NCBI GenBank assembly: GCA_963815215.1
Contig: CAWFFU010000009.1
Coordinates: 64,001 to 128,000 of the forward strand
Reading direction: 5' to 3'
DNA from: an uncultured Trueperaceae bacterium
GTDB lineage: Bacteria; Deinococcota; Deinococci; Deinococcales; Trueperaceae
DNA: 64,000 nt
Below, one piece after another: positions 9,916 through 20,520 of this stretch. The translations under genes and the position numbers were made by a program. A model generated the notes under the pieces. That model worked only from the letters and a program-made list of their open reading frames with translations. It made no database searches and was not told where the DNA came from. Every line of letters begins with the position of its first letter. Positions within the stretch are counted from its first letter, which is position 1.

Positions 9916-11078
9916 GCCACGCCCCTGTCCGCCAGCACTCGCGCCATGCGGGCGGCCGCGTCCTCCGGGTCGCGCAGCAGTCCTGCCCGGTCGGCCAGCC
10001 GGAAGACCGTCCCCAGGTGCGCCGGCGAGCGCCGGTCCTCCATCCCGCCCAACATCCGGACGTGGTCCTGGTGGCCGTTGAGGTAGGCAAGCAGCACGAT
10101 CCCCACCTTGTAATCGAATGTCGGCTCGGCGAAGACGTGCCGCGATAGGCGTTCGGCCGGGGCGAGGATGGCGTCGTAGCGCTCGGGGCGGCCGGCCTCG
10201 AGCGCTGCCATGGCGGCCGCCGCGGCGGGCGCGATGGCGTCGAAGATTCCCAGCAGGCCGTCGCTGTGGCCGTGCGCGTCGCCCTTGATGAGGCGCGGGA
10301 AGGCGAAGTCGTCGCCGCTGTACATGAGCACCCCCGCGGGCAGCCGGCGCCGCAGCTCGATCTCCTTCTCGGCGTCGAGCAGGCTGATCTTCACGCCGTC
10401 AACCTTGCCCGGGTGCTCCGCGATGATGCCGAGCAGGGTGGCGGCCGCGGCGGAGAAGCCGCTGGCGCCCCAGTAGCCCGCCAGCGCCGGGTCGAACATC
10501 GGCCCCAGCCAGTGGAGGATGACCGGCGCCGACACCTGCCGCAGGACCCGCCCGTACACCGCGGCGTAGTCCTCGGCGCCGCGTGCGACGGCGGCGAGCT
10601 GGCGCGAGGCCATCATGATGACCCGCCCGCCGCACGCCTCCACGTGGGCGACCTGCTCCTCGTAGGCGGCGCCGATGTCGTCGAGCGTGAGGCGAGGGCT
10701 CTCGTCGGGGAGCTGGTCGGTCCCCGCGCCGCAGGCGATGCGGCCGCCGGCGCTGCGCGCCTCGGCGCACGCCCGCCGGATCAGCTCGCGGCTGGCGGGG
10801 TGATCCAGGCCCATGCCGCGCTGGGCGGTGTCCATGGCCTCGGCCACGCCGAAGCCGTAGCGCCACAGGTGGTGGCGGTAGCGCAGGGTGGCGTCCCAGT
10901 CGAGGGCGGCCGGCTCACCGGGGCCGCGCGCGGCGGACGGGTCGGCCACCACGTGGGCGGCGGCGTAGAGCACGCGGCTGGTGAAGGGGCGCTCCGGCGG
11001 AGGGTAGGCGGCCGCACCACGCAGCCGGTAGCGCTCCAGGCGGCCGTCCTCGGTGGGGAGGTCGATGACGGTGGCCAC
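9912..11078 (-). CDS. DUF993 / dihydrodipicolinate-synthase-like TIM-barrel protein
   Basis: AAAHVVADP, VAEAMDTAQRGMGL, GAGTDQL, ILHWLG, DGVKISLLD (candidate Schiff-base Lys), YSGDDF. Confidence 0.85.
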   Translation of the reverse strand: MATVIDLPTEDGRLERYRLRGAAAYPPPERPFTSRVLYAAAHVVADPSAARGPGEPAALDWDATLRYRHHLWRYGFGVAEAMDTAQRGMGLDHPASRELIRRACAEARSAGGRIACGAGTDQLPDESPRLTLDDIGAAYEEQVAHVEACGGRVIMMASRQLAAVARGAEDYAAVYGRVLRQVSAPVILHWLGPMFDPALAGYWGASGFSAAAATLLGIIAEHPGKVDGVKISLLDAEKEIELRRRLPAGVLMYSGDDFAFPRLIKGDAHGHSDGLLGIFDAIAPAAAAAMAALEAGRPERYDAILAPAERLSRHVFAEPTFDYKVGIVLLAYLNGHQDHVRMLGGMEDRRSPAHLGTVFRLADRAGLLRDPEDAAARMARVLADRGVA

Positions 11079-11085
11079 GGCCCGG

Positions 11086-12258
11086 CTAGCGTCCTAGCTC
11101 CGGCACGTCGACCCAGCGCCGCTCGCGCCAGGAGGCGTGTGCCAGCTCCGCGAGTTGCACGCCCTTGGCGCCCTCCAGCAGGGTGTGGGGGAAGGGCGCG
11201 CCGCTCGCCAGGTGGCGCAGGAAGGCCTCCCATTGCGCCCGGAAGCCGTTGGGGAACGGCTGGTTGTCGGGGACCTCCTGCCAGCCGCCGAAGAAGTCGA
11301 TGGGGCTGGGCACGTCGGGGTTCCACACCGGCTTGGGGGTGGCGCTCCGGTGCTGGGCCTTGCACGAGCGCAGGCCCGCGACCGCGCTGCCCTCGGTGCC
11401 GTCCACCTGCAGGGCGACCAACTCGTCGCGGTAGACGCGCGTGGTCCACGACGAGTTGATCTGGGCGACGATCCCGCCGTCCAGTTCGAACAGCGCGTAG
11501 GCGGCGTCGTCGGCGGTGGCGGCGTAGGCCGCGCCGTGCTCGTCACGGCGATCCGGGACGTGGGTGGCGCCCAGGCACAGCACCGAACGCACCTCGCCGA
11601 AGAGATGGTCGAGCAGGTAGCGCCAGTGCGGCAGCATGTCGAGGATGATGCCGCCGCCCTCCTCGCGGCGGTAGTTCCAGCTGGGGCGTTGGGCGGGTTG
11701 CCAGTCGCCCTCGAACACCCAGTAGCCGAACTCGCCGCGCACCGACAGGATGCGGCCGAAGAAGCCGCCGTCGATCAGGCGCTTGAGCTTGAGCAGGCCG
11801 GGCAGGTAGAGCTTGTCCTGCACCACCCCCGTTCGCACCCCGGCACGGTCGGCGAGCGCCGCCAGGTCGAGCGCCTCAGCGAGCGTGGATGCCACCGGCT
11901 TCTCGGTGTAGACGTGCTTGCCGGCGGCGATGGCCTTGCGCAGGTTGTCGGGGCGGAGCTGCGTAGTGACCGCGTCGAAGTAGACGGCGTCGTCGGGATC
12001 GGCCAGGCAGGCGTCCAGGTCGTCGCTGAGGCGCTGGATGCCGGTCTCGGCCGCCAACGCCTGCAGCTTGGCCGGGTCGCGGCCCACCAGGATGGGGTCG
12101 GGGAGCAGGCGGCGGCCGCCGGGCAGCGTCACGCCGCCGTCCTGGCGGATGGCCAGGATCGATCGCAGCAGGTGCTGGTTCTTGCCCATGCGGCCGGTGA
12201 CGCCGTTCATGATGATGCCGATGCGCTCGGGCTCGCGCGCGGCCCCGGTTGCGCTCAT
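11086..12258 (-). CDS. Gfo/Idh/MocA family oxidoreductase
   Basis: NGVTGRMG Rossmann motif, KHVYTEKP, GGGIILDMLPHW. Confidence 0.92.
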   Translation of the reverse strand: MSATGAAREPERIGIIMNGVTGRMGKNQHLLRSILAIRQDGGVTLPGGRRLLPDPILVGRDPAKLQALAAETGIQRLSDDLDACLADPDDAVYFDAVTTQLRPDNLRKAIAAGKHVYTEKPVASTLAEALDLAALADRAGVRTGVVQDKLYLPGLLKLKRLIDGGFFGRILSVRGEFGYWVFEGDWQPAQRPSWNYRREEGGGIILDMLPHWRYLLDHLFGEVRSVLCLGATHVPDRRDEHGAAYAATADDAAYALFELDGGIVAQINSSWTTRVYRDELVALQVDGTEGSAVAGLRSCKAQHRSATPKPVWNPDVPSPIDFFGGWQEVPDNQPFPNGFRAQWEAFLRHLASGAPFPHTLLEGAKGVQLAELAHASWRERRWVDVPELGR

Positions 12259-13343
12259 GGCCCGCCTCCCGTCGCCCGCGACCTCGCCCGGTCGGCGTGC
12301 GCCTGGGCGTGCAGTGCCAGCTCGGCCGCGGCGAAGGCGTGCGCCTGCGTCATAGCGGTCTCGCTGCGGTTCAGGCAGTCGAGGATGAGCCGGCCGAAGA
12401 ACGGGTAGCCCACCTTGCCCTGCACCTGCAGATGCTGCTCCCCCTCGGCGGTCACCAGGTAGATGTGGTCGCTGCCGGGGCCGCGCGCCACGTCGACGTA
12501 CTTGCGCAGCTCCAGGGTGCCCTCGGTGCCGAGCAGCAGCAGCCGCCCGTCCCCCCAGGCGCTGAGGCCGGCCGGCGTGAACCAGTCGACGCGCACGTAG
12601 CCGGAGCTGCCCGTGTCGGTCACCACGCCGGCTTCCCCGAAGTCCTCCAGCTCGGGGTGCTGCGGGTGGCCGAAGTTCTCCACCCGGGCGTGCTCGACGG
12701 TGGCGCCGGCGGCGCCGCTGAAGAACAGCACCTGCTCGAACTGGTGGGAGGCGATGTCACACAGGATGCCGCCGTAGCGCGCCTTCTCGAAGAACCAGTC
12801 GGGCCTGGGGTTGAGGCCCAGCCGGTGGGGGCCGAGGCCCAACACCTGCACCACCCGCCCGATGACGCCCGCCTCGACCAGCTCGGCGGCGAACACGGCG
12901 CACTCGACGTGCAGCCGCTCGCCGTAGTAGACCAGGTACTTGCGGCCGGTCTCGGCGACCTTGGCTCGCGCCGCGTCGAGCTGAGCCAGGCTCGTGAACG
13001 GCCCCTTGTCCACGAAGACGTCCTTGCCGCTGTCCATCACGCGCAGACCCAGCGGGCCGCGCTCGCTCGGGACGATCGAGGACGCCACCAGCGCGATCTC
13101 GGGCGCCTCCAGGACTTCTTCCTCGCTGCCCGCGGCCGCCGCGCCAGGGAACCGCTCCAGCAGCGCCGCGACCTTGGCGGGGTCGCGGTCGTGGACGAGC
13201 CTCAGCTCGCCGCCGGCCTGGCTGAGGCCGTCGCACATGGCGCGGATGTGGGGATGATCGAGCCCCACAGCGGCGAAGAGGAACTCGCCGCGCTCGCACG
13301 CCGGCGCGGGCGGGCCAGAGGGCTCGAGCAGCGCCCCCGGCAC
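12255..13343 (-). CDS. Gfo/Idh/MocA family oxidoreductase (YteT-like)
   Basis: AAVGLDHPHI, KDVFVDKG, GGILCDIASHQ. Confidence 0.88.
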   Translation of the reverse strand: MPGALLEPSGPPAPACERGEFLFAAVGLDHPHIRAMCDGLSQAGGELRLVHDRDPAKVAALLERFPGAAAAGSEEEVLEAPEIALVASSIVPSERGPLGLRVMDSGKDVFVDKGPFTSLAQLDAARAKVAETGRKYLVYYGERLHVECAVFAAELVEAGVIGRVVQVLGLGPHRLGLNPRPDWFFEKARYGGILCDIASHQFEQVLFFSGAAGATVEHARVENFGHPQHPELEDFGEAGVVTDTGSSGYVRVDWFTPAGLSAWGDGRLLLLGTEGTLELRKYVDVARGPGSDHIYLVTAEGEQHLQVQGKVGYPFFGRLILDCLNRSETAMTQAHAFAAAELALHAQAHADRARSRATGGGP

Positions 13344-14527
13344 TCAGGCTCCCGTCCCGTGCGCCGCGCCGGCTCCCTGCACGACGTTCCCGTGCGCGGC
13401 GTCTCCGGACATGGCGTCGTAGAAGGAGTCGCCCGGGGTGATGCTGCCGCGCTCCACGCGCGTCCCGGTGAACGCCGACGCGTACAGGCTGGCGAGGAAC
13501 TCCAGCGTCGCGCGGGCCCCGGGGCCGCTGGTGAGCGGCCGCTCGCCGCGCTCCAGGCAGTCGAGGACGTGGCTCAGCTGCGCCTGGTGGAGCGAGGGCA
13601 CGTCGGGCGGCAGGGCTCGCCAGCGCGCCAGTTCGGCGTCGTCGGGCGAGCCGTCCGGCAGGGTGTAGCGCCAGTCGTCGTTGCGGTAGCCGTAGAGGTG
13701 GTGGAGCTCCACCGTCGCCCGCGCGAAGTCCAGGCGCAGCACGCTCTCCTGGCGGGGCGAAACCGCCGAGTTGAGGATGGTGCCGAGCGCGCCGCTCTCG
13801 AAGCGAACGCTCGCCACCGCCACGTCCTCGACCTCGATGGCGTGCCCCAGCGTGCCGGCCATGGCGCTGACCTCGGCCCAGGGGCCGAAGAGCCACAGCA
13901 GCAGGTCCATGGCGTGGATGCCGTGGATCATGCTGGTGCCGCCCAGCTCGGTGGCCCAGCTGCCGCGCCACGGCACCGCGTAGTAGGCGTCGTCGCGGTA
14001 CCAGGTGGTCTGGCACAGCCCCAGCATGGGGCGGCCGAGGGCGCCCTCGGCGATGAGTCGCTGGAGGTGCCTGGCGCCCGCGCCGAAGCGCCACTGGTAG
14101 ACGCTGCTGCAGGTCGCGCCGGAGCGGGCCTCCGCCTCCTGGATGGCGTCCAGCTCCCGCAGGGAGCCGGCCAGCGGCTTCTCGCACAGCACCCAGGCGC
14201 CCGCCTCCAGCGAGCGGATGCACTGCGCCGAGTGCAGGCTCGGCGGCGTGCAGATGAGCACCAGCTCGGGGCGCTCGCGCTCCAGCATGGCGTCCAGGTC
14301 GCTATGCACCGCGGGCACGCCGTGCGCCTCCGCGAACGCCCTCGCCCTGGCCCCGTCGATGTCGACGGCCGCCACCAGCTCGGCGCGGTCCTGCTCCGCG
14401 CGCAGCGCGGCGGCGTGCTGCGCGGCGATGGCGCCGGTGCCTACGATCGCCGTCCTCACCCGGCGGCTCCCCGGCCCCCCCGCGCCCGGCGCACCTGCTC
14501 CCCGCCCGCCCGCCCCCTCGCAGGCCA

Positions 14528-14528
<1 letters not shown>
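13344..14528 (-). CDS. Gfo/Idh/MocA family oxidoreductase
   Basis: AIVGTGAIA, VLCEKP, GGTSMIHGIH; start taken at the ATG overlapping the permease stop (TGATG); GTG at 14460 is an alternative. Confidence 0.9.
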
Positions 14529-15580
<1,052 letters not shown>

Positions 15581-15643
15581 GACAGCCCTCCCGGGTTACG
15601 CCCCGACGCTCCGGCGTCGACGGACGGGCTCTGGCGCGAAGGA

Positions 15644-16672
15644 TCAGGTGGCATCGGAGCGCCTTCCCGCCCATAGCTGGACCAGCGTGAGCACCAGCAG
15701 CACCAGGCCCAGGAGGACGGACGCGGCGGCGGCCAGGCCGAACCTGCGGATCTGCGAGGCGAACGCGGTGTTGTAGATGTACTGAACGATGAAGGTCGTG
15801 GCCGTGCCGGGCCCGCCGCCCGTGAACGCGAAGACCTCGTCGAAGAGCTGCACGGCCCGGATGAGGGCCAGCACCAGCACGACGAGAAGGGTGGGCATCA
15901 GGAGCGGCAGGGTGACATAGCGGAACGATTGCCACGCGCCGGCGCCGTCGATGGCTCCGGCCTCGTAGAGCTCCGCGGGGATCGATTGCAGTCCCGCCAG
16001 AAGGATGAGTGTGTAGAAGCCCATCGTCGCCCAGGTGGTGGTGAACACCACCCAGAACATCGCCCAGTGGGCGTTCAGCAGGAAGAGCACCTTGTGGCCC
16101 CCGAGCATCTGGATGAATGCGTTCAGCAGACCCTCGCGTTGGAGGATCCACTTCCAGATGAGCGCCACCACGACGGGAGACAGGAGCACCGGGTAGAAGA
16201 ACACGCTCCGGAAGAACCCGCGGAAGCGGAACGTGCGGTTGAGCACCATGGCGGTGATCAGCGCGAACAACACGAGCGCGATGAGCTGGGCCGGGACGAA
16301 GATAAATGCGTTGTGCACGGCGCGCCAGAAGGTGTCCTCCTGGCAGGTGCTGGGCTGAAGGAAATTCCCGCAGTTGAAGATCCGCTGGAAGTTGCTGGTT
16401 CCCACGAACGGCCGGTTCTGCGGGAACAGGTTCGTGCCTCCGGTGAACGCGTAATAGAAGTTGAGCAGCATCGGGAACAGCACGAAGATGCCGAAGATAG
16501 CGAGGTTGGGCAGCAGGAACACCCACGGCATGCGCTTCACGCCGATGGCGCGCTGCACCGGTGCCATCACAAGGTCGAGGGTGTTCATCAGGAAGGTGAA
16601 CAGCCCCCGCAAGGCGCGGCCCGGCACGCTCAGCACTCCCTTCAGCGCACGAGGAACGGACTCTGCTCGCAA
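15644..16672 (-). CDS. Carbohydrate ABC transporter permease (MalF-like)
   Basis: LAGLQSIPAELYEAGAIDGAGAW; TGGGPG. Confidence 0.93.
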   Translation of the reverse strand: MRAESVPRALKGVLSVPGRALRGLFTFLMNTLDLVMAPVQRAIGVKRMPWVFLLPNLAIFGIFVLFPMLLNFYYAFTGGTNLFPQNRPFVGTSNFQRIFNCGNFLQPSTCQEDTFWRAVHNAFIFVPAQLIALVLFALITAMVLNRTFRFRGFFRSVFFYPVLLSPVVVALIWKWILQREGLLNAFIQMLGGHKVLFLLNAHWAMFWVVFTTTWATMGFYTLILLAGLQSIPAELYEAGAIDGAGAWQSFRYVTLPLLMPTLLVVLVLALIRAVQLFDEVFAFTGGGPGTATTFIVQYIYNTAFASQIRRFGLAAAASVLLGLVLLVLTLVQLWAGRRSDAT

Positions 16673-16686
16673 TGCTTCCTCCTCGA

Positions 16687-16720
16687 GGTACCCGGTGGAG
16701 GGGAGCCTCCACCGGGTACC
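16687..16720 (-). other. 15-bp perfect stem-loop after the solute-binding protein gene (mRNA stabiliser or partial terminator)
   Basis: GGTACCCGGTGGAGG-ggag-CCTCCACCGGGTACC; no U-tract. Confidence 0.7.
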
Positions 16721-16746
16721 GGTCCGATCTCAGGGAAGGAACGTGC

Positions 16747-18021
16747 TCACTGCGACGAGCCCGCCGCGGAGAGCTGCTCGTCGATGTCTTGTTGGATGCG
16801 CTGGACGGCCTGGTCCATGGTCAGCTCGCCGACCATGACCTGCGTCAACCGGTCGCGGATGGCGTTGAAGTAGGTGGTGTTGTACTTGTACGCCTGCAGC
16901 TTGTAGGCCAGCGGGGCGAGCTTCGGGACCTGGCTGGAGAACGTCTGCAGCGCCGCCTTGGCGAACTGGTTGTCGGTCTGGAAGTCGATGCCTTGCTTTG
17001 CCAGGCTGAGGGACCCGGGGATGAAGAGGGTGCGCGCGTAGAACTCCGCGAGGTTGTCGGGCTGCGTCAAGAACTCCATGAGCTTCGCGACCGCCTCGGG
17101 GTGCTTAGTCTCCTTCAGGGCGACCAGAGCAGCGCCACCAGGCATGCCCGTGCAGGCGGCGGGGCCGCAGGGGTTGGGCACGGCGACCCAGTCGAAGGCG
17201 TTGCCGATCTTGCTGGCGAACTGGCTGATCTGCCAGCTGCCGGACATGTAGAAGACGATCTGGCCGTTGATGAAGTCCTGGTTTCCGGCTGCGTACTGGC
17301 CCGAGGTACCGATCCAGATGCTCGGGTCCATGGTGCCGTCCTTGTTCCACTGCACCAGGAGCTGTGCCATCTTGCGGAAGCCCGCGTCGTCGATCTTCGG
17401 CTTGCCCTGCGCGTCGAAGAACTTGGCGCCCATGCTGACCGCCGGACCGGCGAAGCGGTGCCCGGAACGGTCCATGGCCATGGCGAAGGGGGTGCCCGTG
17501 GCCTTGGCCACCTTGCGGCTCACGTCGGCCCACTGCTCCCAGGTGGTGTCGCCCTGCGGCAGGGGGATCCCGGCCTGGTCGAAGAGCGTCTTGTTCACGA
17601 AGGGGCCCGTGACCGTGAGCTGCGTCATGTAGCCGGGGATCGCCTTGGAGCCCGGGGGCCGCATCCAATCGAGGAACGGCCCGAAGTTCGTCTCCCAATA
17701 GCTCGAATCCTTGAGGTACGGCGTGAGGTCGAGGTAGTACTTCTCGAGACCGCCGAGGTCCGTCACGCGCGCCAGGTCGGGGCCCTGGCCAGACGCCAGC
17801 TGCAGCGGCAGTGACTGCAAGATGCCCTGCGCGTACGAGACGGTGTCCAGTGTGACGGTGATGTCGGGGTTCTGGGCCTCGAACTTGTTCAGCAGGTCCT
17901 GCATGACCTGCCCCTCGTTGCCGTCGTTGTACCAGGCGATGCGCAGGTGGGTCTGCGCCAGGGCGGTCATCCCGCCCATCATCGCGGCGAGTAGCAAGAA
18001 CATCCGCATGCGTCGAATCAT
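16747..18021 (-). CDS. Carbohydrate ABC transporter substrate-binding protein
   Basis: Signal peptide (..TALAQ), PDLARV, SBP_bac_1-like pattern; GAGGAGG RBS. Confidence 0.92.
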   Translation of the reverse strand: MIRRMRMFLLLAAMMGGMTALAQTHLRIAWYNDGNEGQVMQDLLNKFEAQNPDITVTLDTVSYAQGILQSLPLQLASGQGPDLARVTDLGGLEKYYLDLTPYLKDSSYWETNFGPFLDWMRPPGSKAIPGYMTQLTVTGPFVNKTLFDQAGIPLPQGDTTWEQWADVSRKVAKATGTPFAMAMDRSGHRFAGPAVSMGAKFFDAQGKPKIDDAGFRKMAQLLVQWNKDGTMDPSIWIGTSGQYAAGNQDFINGQIVFYMSGSWQISQFASKIGNAFDWVAVPNPCGPAACTGMPGGAALVALKETKHPEAVAKLMEFLTQPDNLAEFYARTLFIPGSLSLAKQGIDFQTDNQFAKAALQTFSSQVPKLAPLAYKLQAYKYNTTYFNAIRDRLTQVMVGELTMDQAVQRIQQDIDEQLSAAGSSQ

Positions 18022-18250
18022 CGTTCCTCCTCAGGGTACGCGGTCGGTCCGCGTCGTATGGGGGCGTTCGGGTCTGGCCTCTTCCGGCTCGTCGTGTCCT
18101 CCTCCCACAAGCTGACGGTGTGGCCGGTCGTGTGCCTTCGCCGGGTGGGCGCAACGGCGACGGGCCGGATCCCGGGCCGTGAGGTGGCGCCGGGTGCGAT
18201 GGCGGCCGGCGGGTAGCCGGCACGCGCGGAGGGTGCGGGCGCCCGGCGCG

Positions 18251-18931
18251 TCACAACGGCGCCCTCGCGAGGTGCCCTCGTGCTTCGAGGTGCTCGGTGT
18301 AGGCGGCCAGGGCCGCCCGGTTGTGCTCGCGCAGGCCGCGCTCGGTGGCAGCCGGGTCGCGCCGCTTCAGGGCCGCCAGCAGGGCCACGTGGTCCTGCTG
18401 GGCCTCGGGGATGCGGCGCGAGAACACCTCGTCCAGGAAGTGACGCCGCAGCCGGTCCCAGTGGTCCAGGGCGATGTCCAGCACCCTGGCGGCGAGGCCC
18501 GTCCCCGAGCGCTCGCCGATGAAGTGGTGGAGTTGCTTGTTGCGGAGCGACCAGGCCTCGGCATCGCGCATCGACGCGCCCATGGCCGCTACGAAGCGCT
18601 CGAGCCAGGCCAGATCGTCGTTAGCCAGTCGCTCGCACGCCGCCCGACTGGTGATGATCTCCATCGCTTCGAGCACCTGGAACACCTCGCGGACGTCCTT
18701 GGCATGCAGCTCGGTGACGCGCGCACCGACGTGCGCCTCGAGCGTGACGAAGCCCGCCGCCTCGAGGCGGAACAGCGCCTCGCGGATTGGGATCTGGCTC
18801 ACCCCCAGCTGCTCGGCGAGGTGGTCGATCACGAGGCGCGATCCCGGCTCCAGCTGGCCATCCAGGATCAAGGTGTGCACGTGGTCGTACACCTGCTCGT
18901 TCTTGCTCTTGAAGACGCGAGCGCCTTCCAC
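18251..18931 (-). CDS. GntR family (FCD) transcriptional regulator
   Basis: LEPGSRL..LAEQLGVSQIPIREALFRLEAAGFV winged HTH; FCD-type C-terminus. Confidence 0.92.
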   Translation of the reverse strand: MEGARVFKSKNEQVYDHVHTLILDGQLEPGSRLVIDHLAEQLGVSQIPIREALFRLEAAGFVTLEAHVGARVTELHAKDVREVFQVLEAMEIITSRAACERLANDDLAWLERFVAAMGASMRDAEAWSLRNKQLHHFIGERSGTGLAARVLDIALDHWDRLRRHFLDEVFSRRIPEAQQDHVALLAALKRRDPAATERGLREHNRAALAAYTEHLEARGHLARAPL

Positions 18932-18957
18932 GAGGCCTCCAGCGAACTGACGTTTCG

Positions 18958-18975
18958 TACATCCTATAGGATGCA
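18958..18975. promoter_or_regulatory. Putative GntR operator
   Basis: Perfect 14-bp palindrome CATCCTATAGGATG (18960-18973) ~30 bp upstream of the gntR start. Confidence 0.65.
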
Positions 18976-19048
18976 GGCGTCCACGGCAACGGGGCTGCGC
19001 TCGCCGAGGTACTCCAGTTGCCGCGTCGCCGGGACCTCCTGCCGCCCC

Positions 19049-20194
19049 TCAGGGCGTCAGCGTCGCGTCGAGCCAGTCGAAGGCCGCATCCTGCATCTCG
19101 ACGTCGAAGCGATGCGGGCCCGGGTAGAACCGGCCCTGGTAGCCGCCGGCCGCGCCGGCGGTGGCGTAGGTGCGCCGTATGGCTGCGTCGGCGGCCCGCA
19201 TGCCGGCCACAGGGAAGAGGGCGTCGTCCTCGGCATACTGCACCAGCAGCGGGCGCGGCGCGGCGCACGCCGCCACGTCGGGCCAGTCGCCGTGGCGGGC
19301 GAGCCCGGGCGGGAACATCATCCAGGTGTGGGCGTGGACGTGCGCGTCCAGCAGTGCGCCGTAGGTGCTCATCATGCCGACGACGACCGTCGCCGCCAGC
19401 CCGTCGTGCGTCGCGGAGAGGAGTGCGGCGCGCGCTCCGCCGCCGGACAAGCCGATGGCACCCAACCGTCCGCCATCGACCTCCGGCCGGGAGGCCAGGT
19501 AGCTCAGCGCGACGCGGTCCTCGTAGCTCACCAGGGCCGCGATCGAGGTGCCGAGCGCGGCGCAGTACTTCGCCACCAGGTGCTCGTGGAGCTCGGCGGC
19601 GGCGTTGTACCGGGCGACGTCGTCGGGTTCTCCCCTGTCCCGGTAGCCGGCGACCGCGCCCGCCACCAGCTCGGGTGTGCGCTCCGGCATGGTGGCGAGC
19701 GCGAAGCGCCTGCTGCCCCACAGAAAGACGTCGGGCACCAGCACCACGAAGCCGCGCTCGGCCAGGCGGTTGGCGAAGGCGACGCCCCCGTAGGCCCGCT
19801 CGCGGAGCCGCCGCACGGCCTCGACGGGCGCTTGGTCGTCGTCGGCGACCTTCTCTTTGCCGAGCAGCTTGAAGTTGCCGTGGTCGTGCAGCGCCAGCAC
19901 GCCGGGGAGCCTGGCGGCGGTCGGGGACGCCGGCCGCAGCAGCCACGCGCGCGTGCGCGGCCCGTACCCCACGCTCCACGACAGCTCCTCGCCCCGGACG
20001 CCACCTTGCTGCCAGCTGCGCTCCACCACCGGGTCCTGCGGCGCCTCCGGGCGGAAGCCGACGTCCAGGAGCTGCCGGATGCCGGCAGGGGAGACGCCGG
20101 CCGACCGCGGCGGCTCCCGCGAGCCGCGCAGGCCGCCCGTGGCGTCGACCAGGTCGCTGAAATCACCGAGGTGTCGGTATCGCTTCTGCGCCAC
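19049..20194 (-). CDS. Alpha/beta hydrolase (dienelactone hydrolase-like, possible esterase)
   Basis: ALHDHG, nucleophile elbow GLSGGG, DDALF (Asp), YPGPHRF (His). Confidence 0.85.
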   Translation of the reverse strand: MAQKRYRHLGDFSDLVDATGGLRGSREPPRSAGVSPAGIRQLLDVGFRPEAPQDPVVERSWQQGGVRGEELSWSVGYGPRTRAWLLRPASPTAARLPGVLALHDHGNFKLLGKEKVADDDQAPVEAVRRLRERAYGGVAFANRLAERGFVVLVPDVFLWGSRRFALATMPERTPELVAGAVAGYRDRGEPDDVARYNAAAELHEHLVAKYCAALGTSIAALVSYEDRVALSYLASRPEVDGGRLGAIGLSGGGARAALLSATHDGLAATVVVGMMSTYGALLDAHVHAHTWMMFPPGLARHGDWPDVAACAAPRPLLVQYAEDDALFPVAGMRAADAAIRRTYATAGAAGGYQGRFYPGPHRFDVEMQDAAFDWLDATLTP

Positions 20195-20520
20195 CAGCGT
20201 TCATCCTCGCCTTCGTGCGCGAGCGGCGGCCGCCGCTCGGGGTGGCTCGAGCGTACTTCCCCGGGGACGACCGCACCCGGGAGCCCGCCGCAGGGGCGGG
20301 TTGCCCGCGCCGCCGTCCGTGGCGGTGGTGACGTTCAGGTGGCTGCCGTCGGGCCACACGTGCTCCTCGGCGTGTACTGCCTCGCATTGGGGGTTCCGTA
20401 CAACGACTCTGAGCGGGGGCCTGCGATGCCTCGTGGTCGCGTTGTCTGGCTGTCGGCGCCGGTCTTGCTGCTGGTGGTGGGGTTGGCCGCCCGCTCACGG
20501 CGAGCGGGAGCGGGTCGCCT

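Noticed and set aside
18022..18250. Small ORF 18018..18254 or a riboswitch between gntR and the SBP gene
   Set aside because: No coding bias or recognisable aptamer motif.
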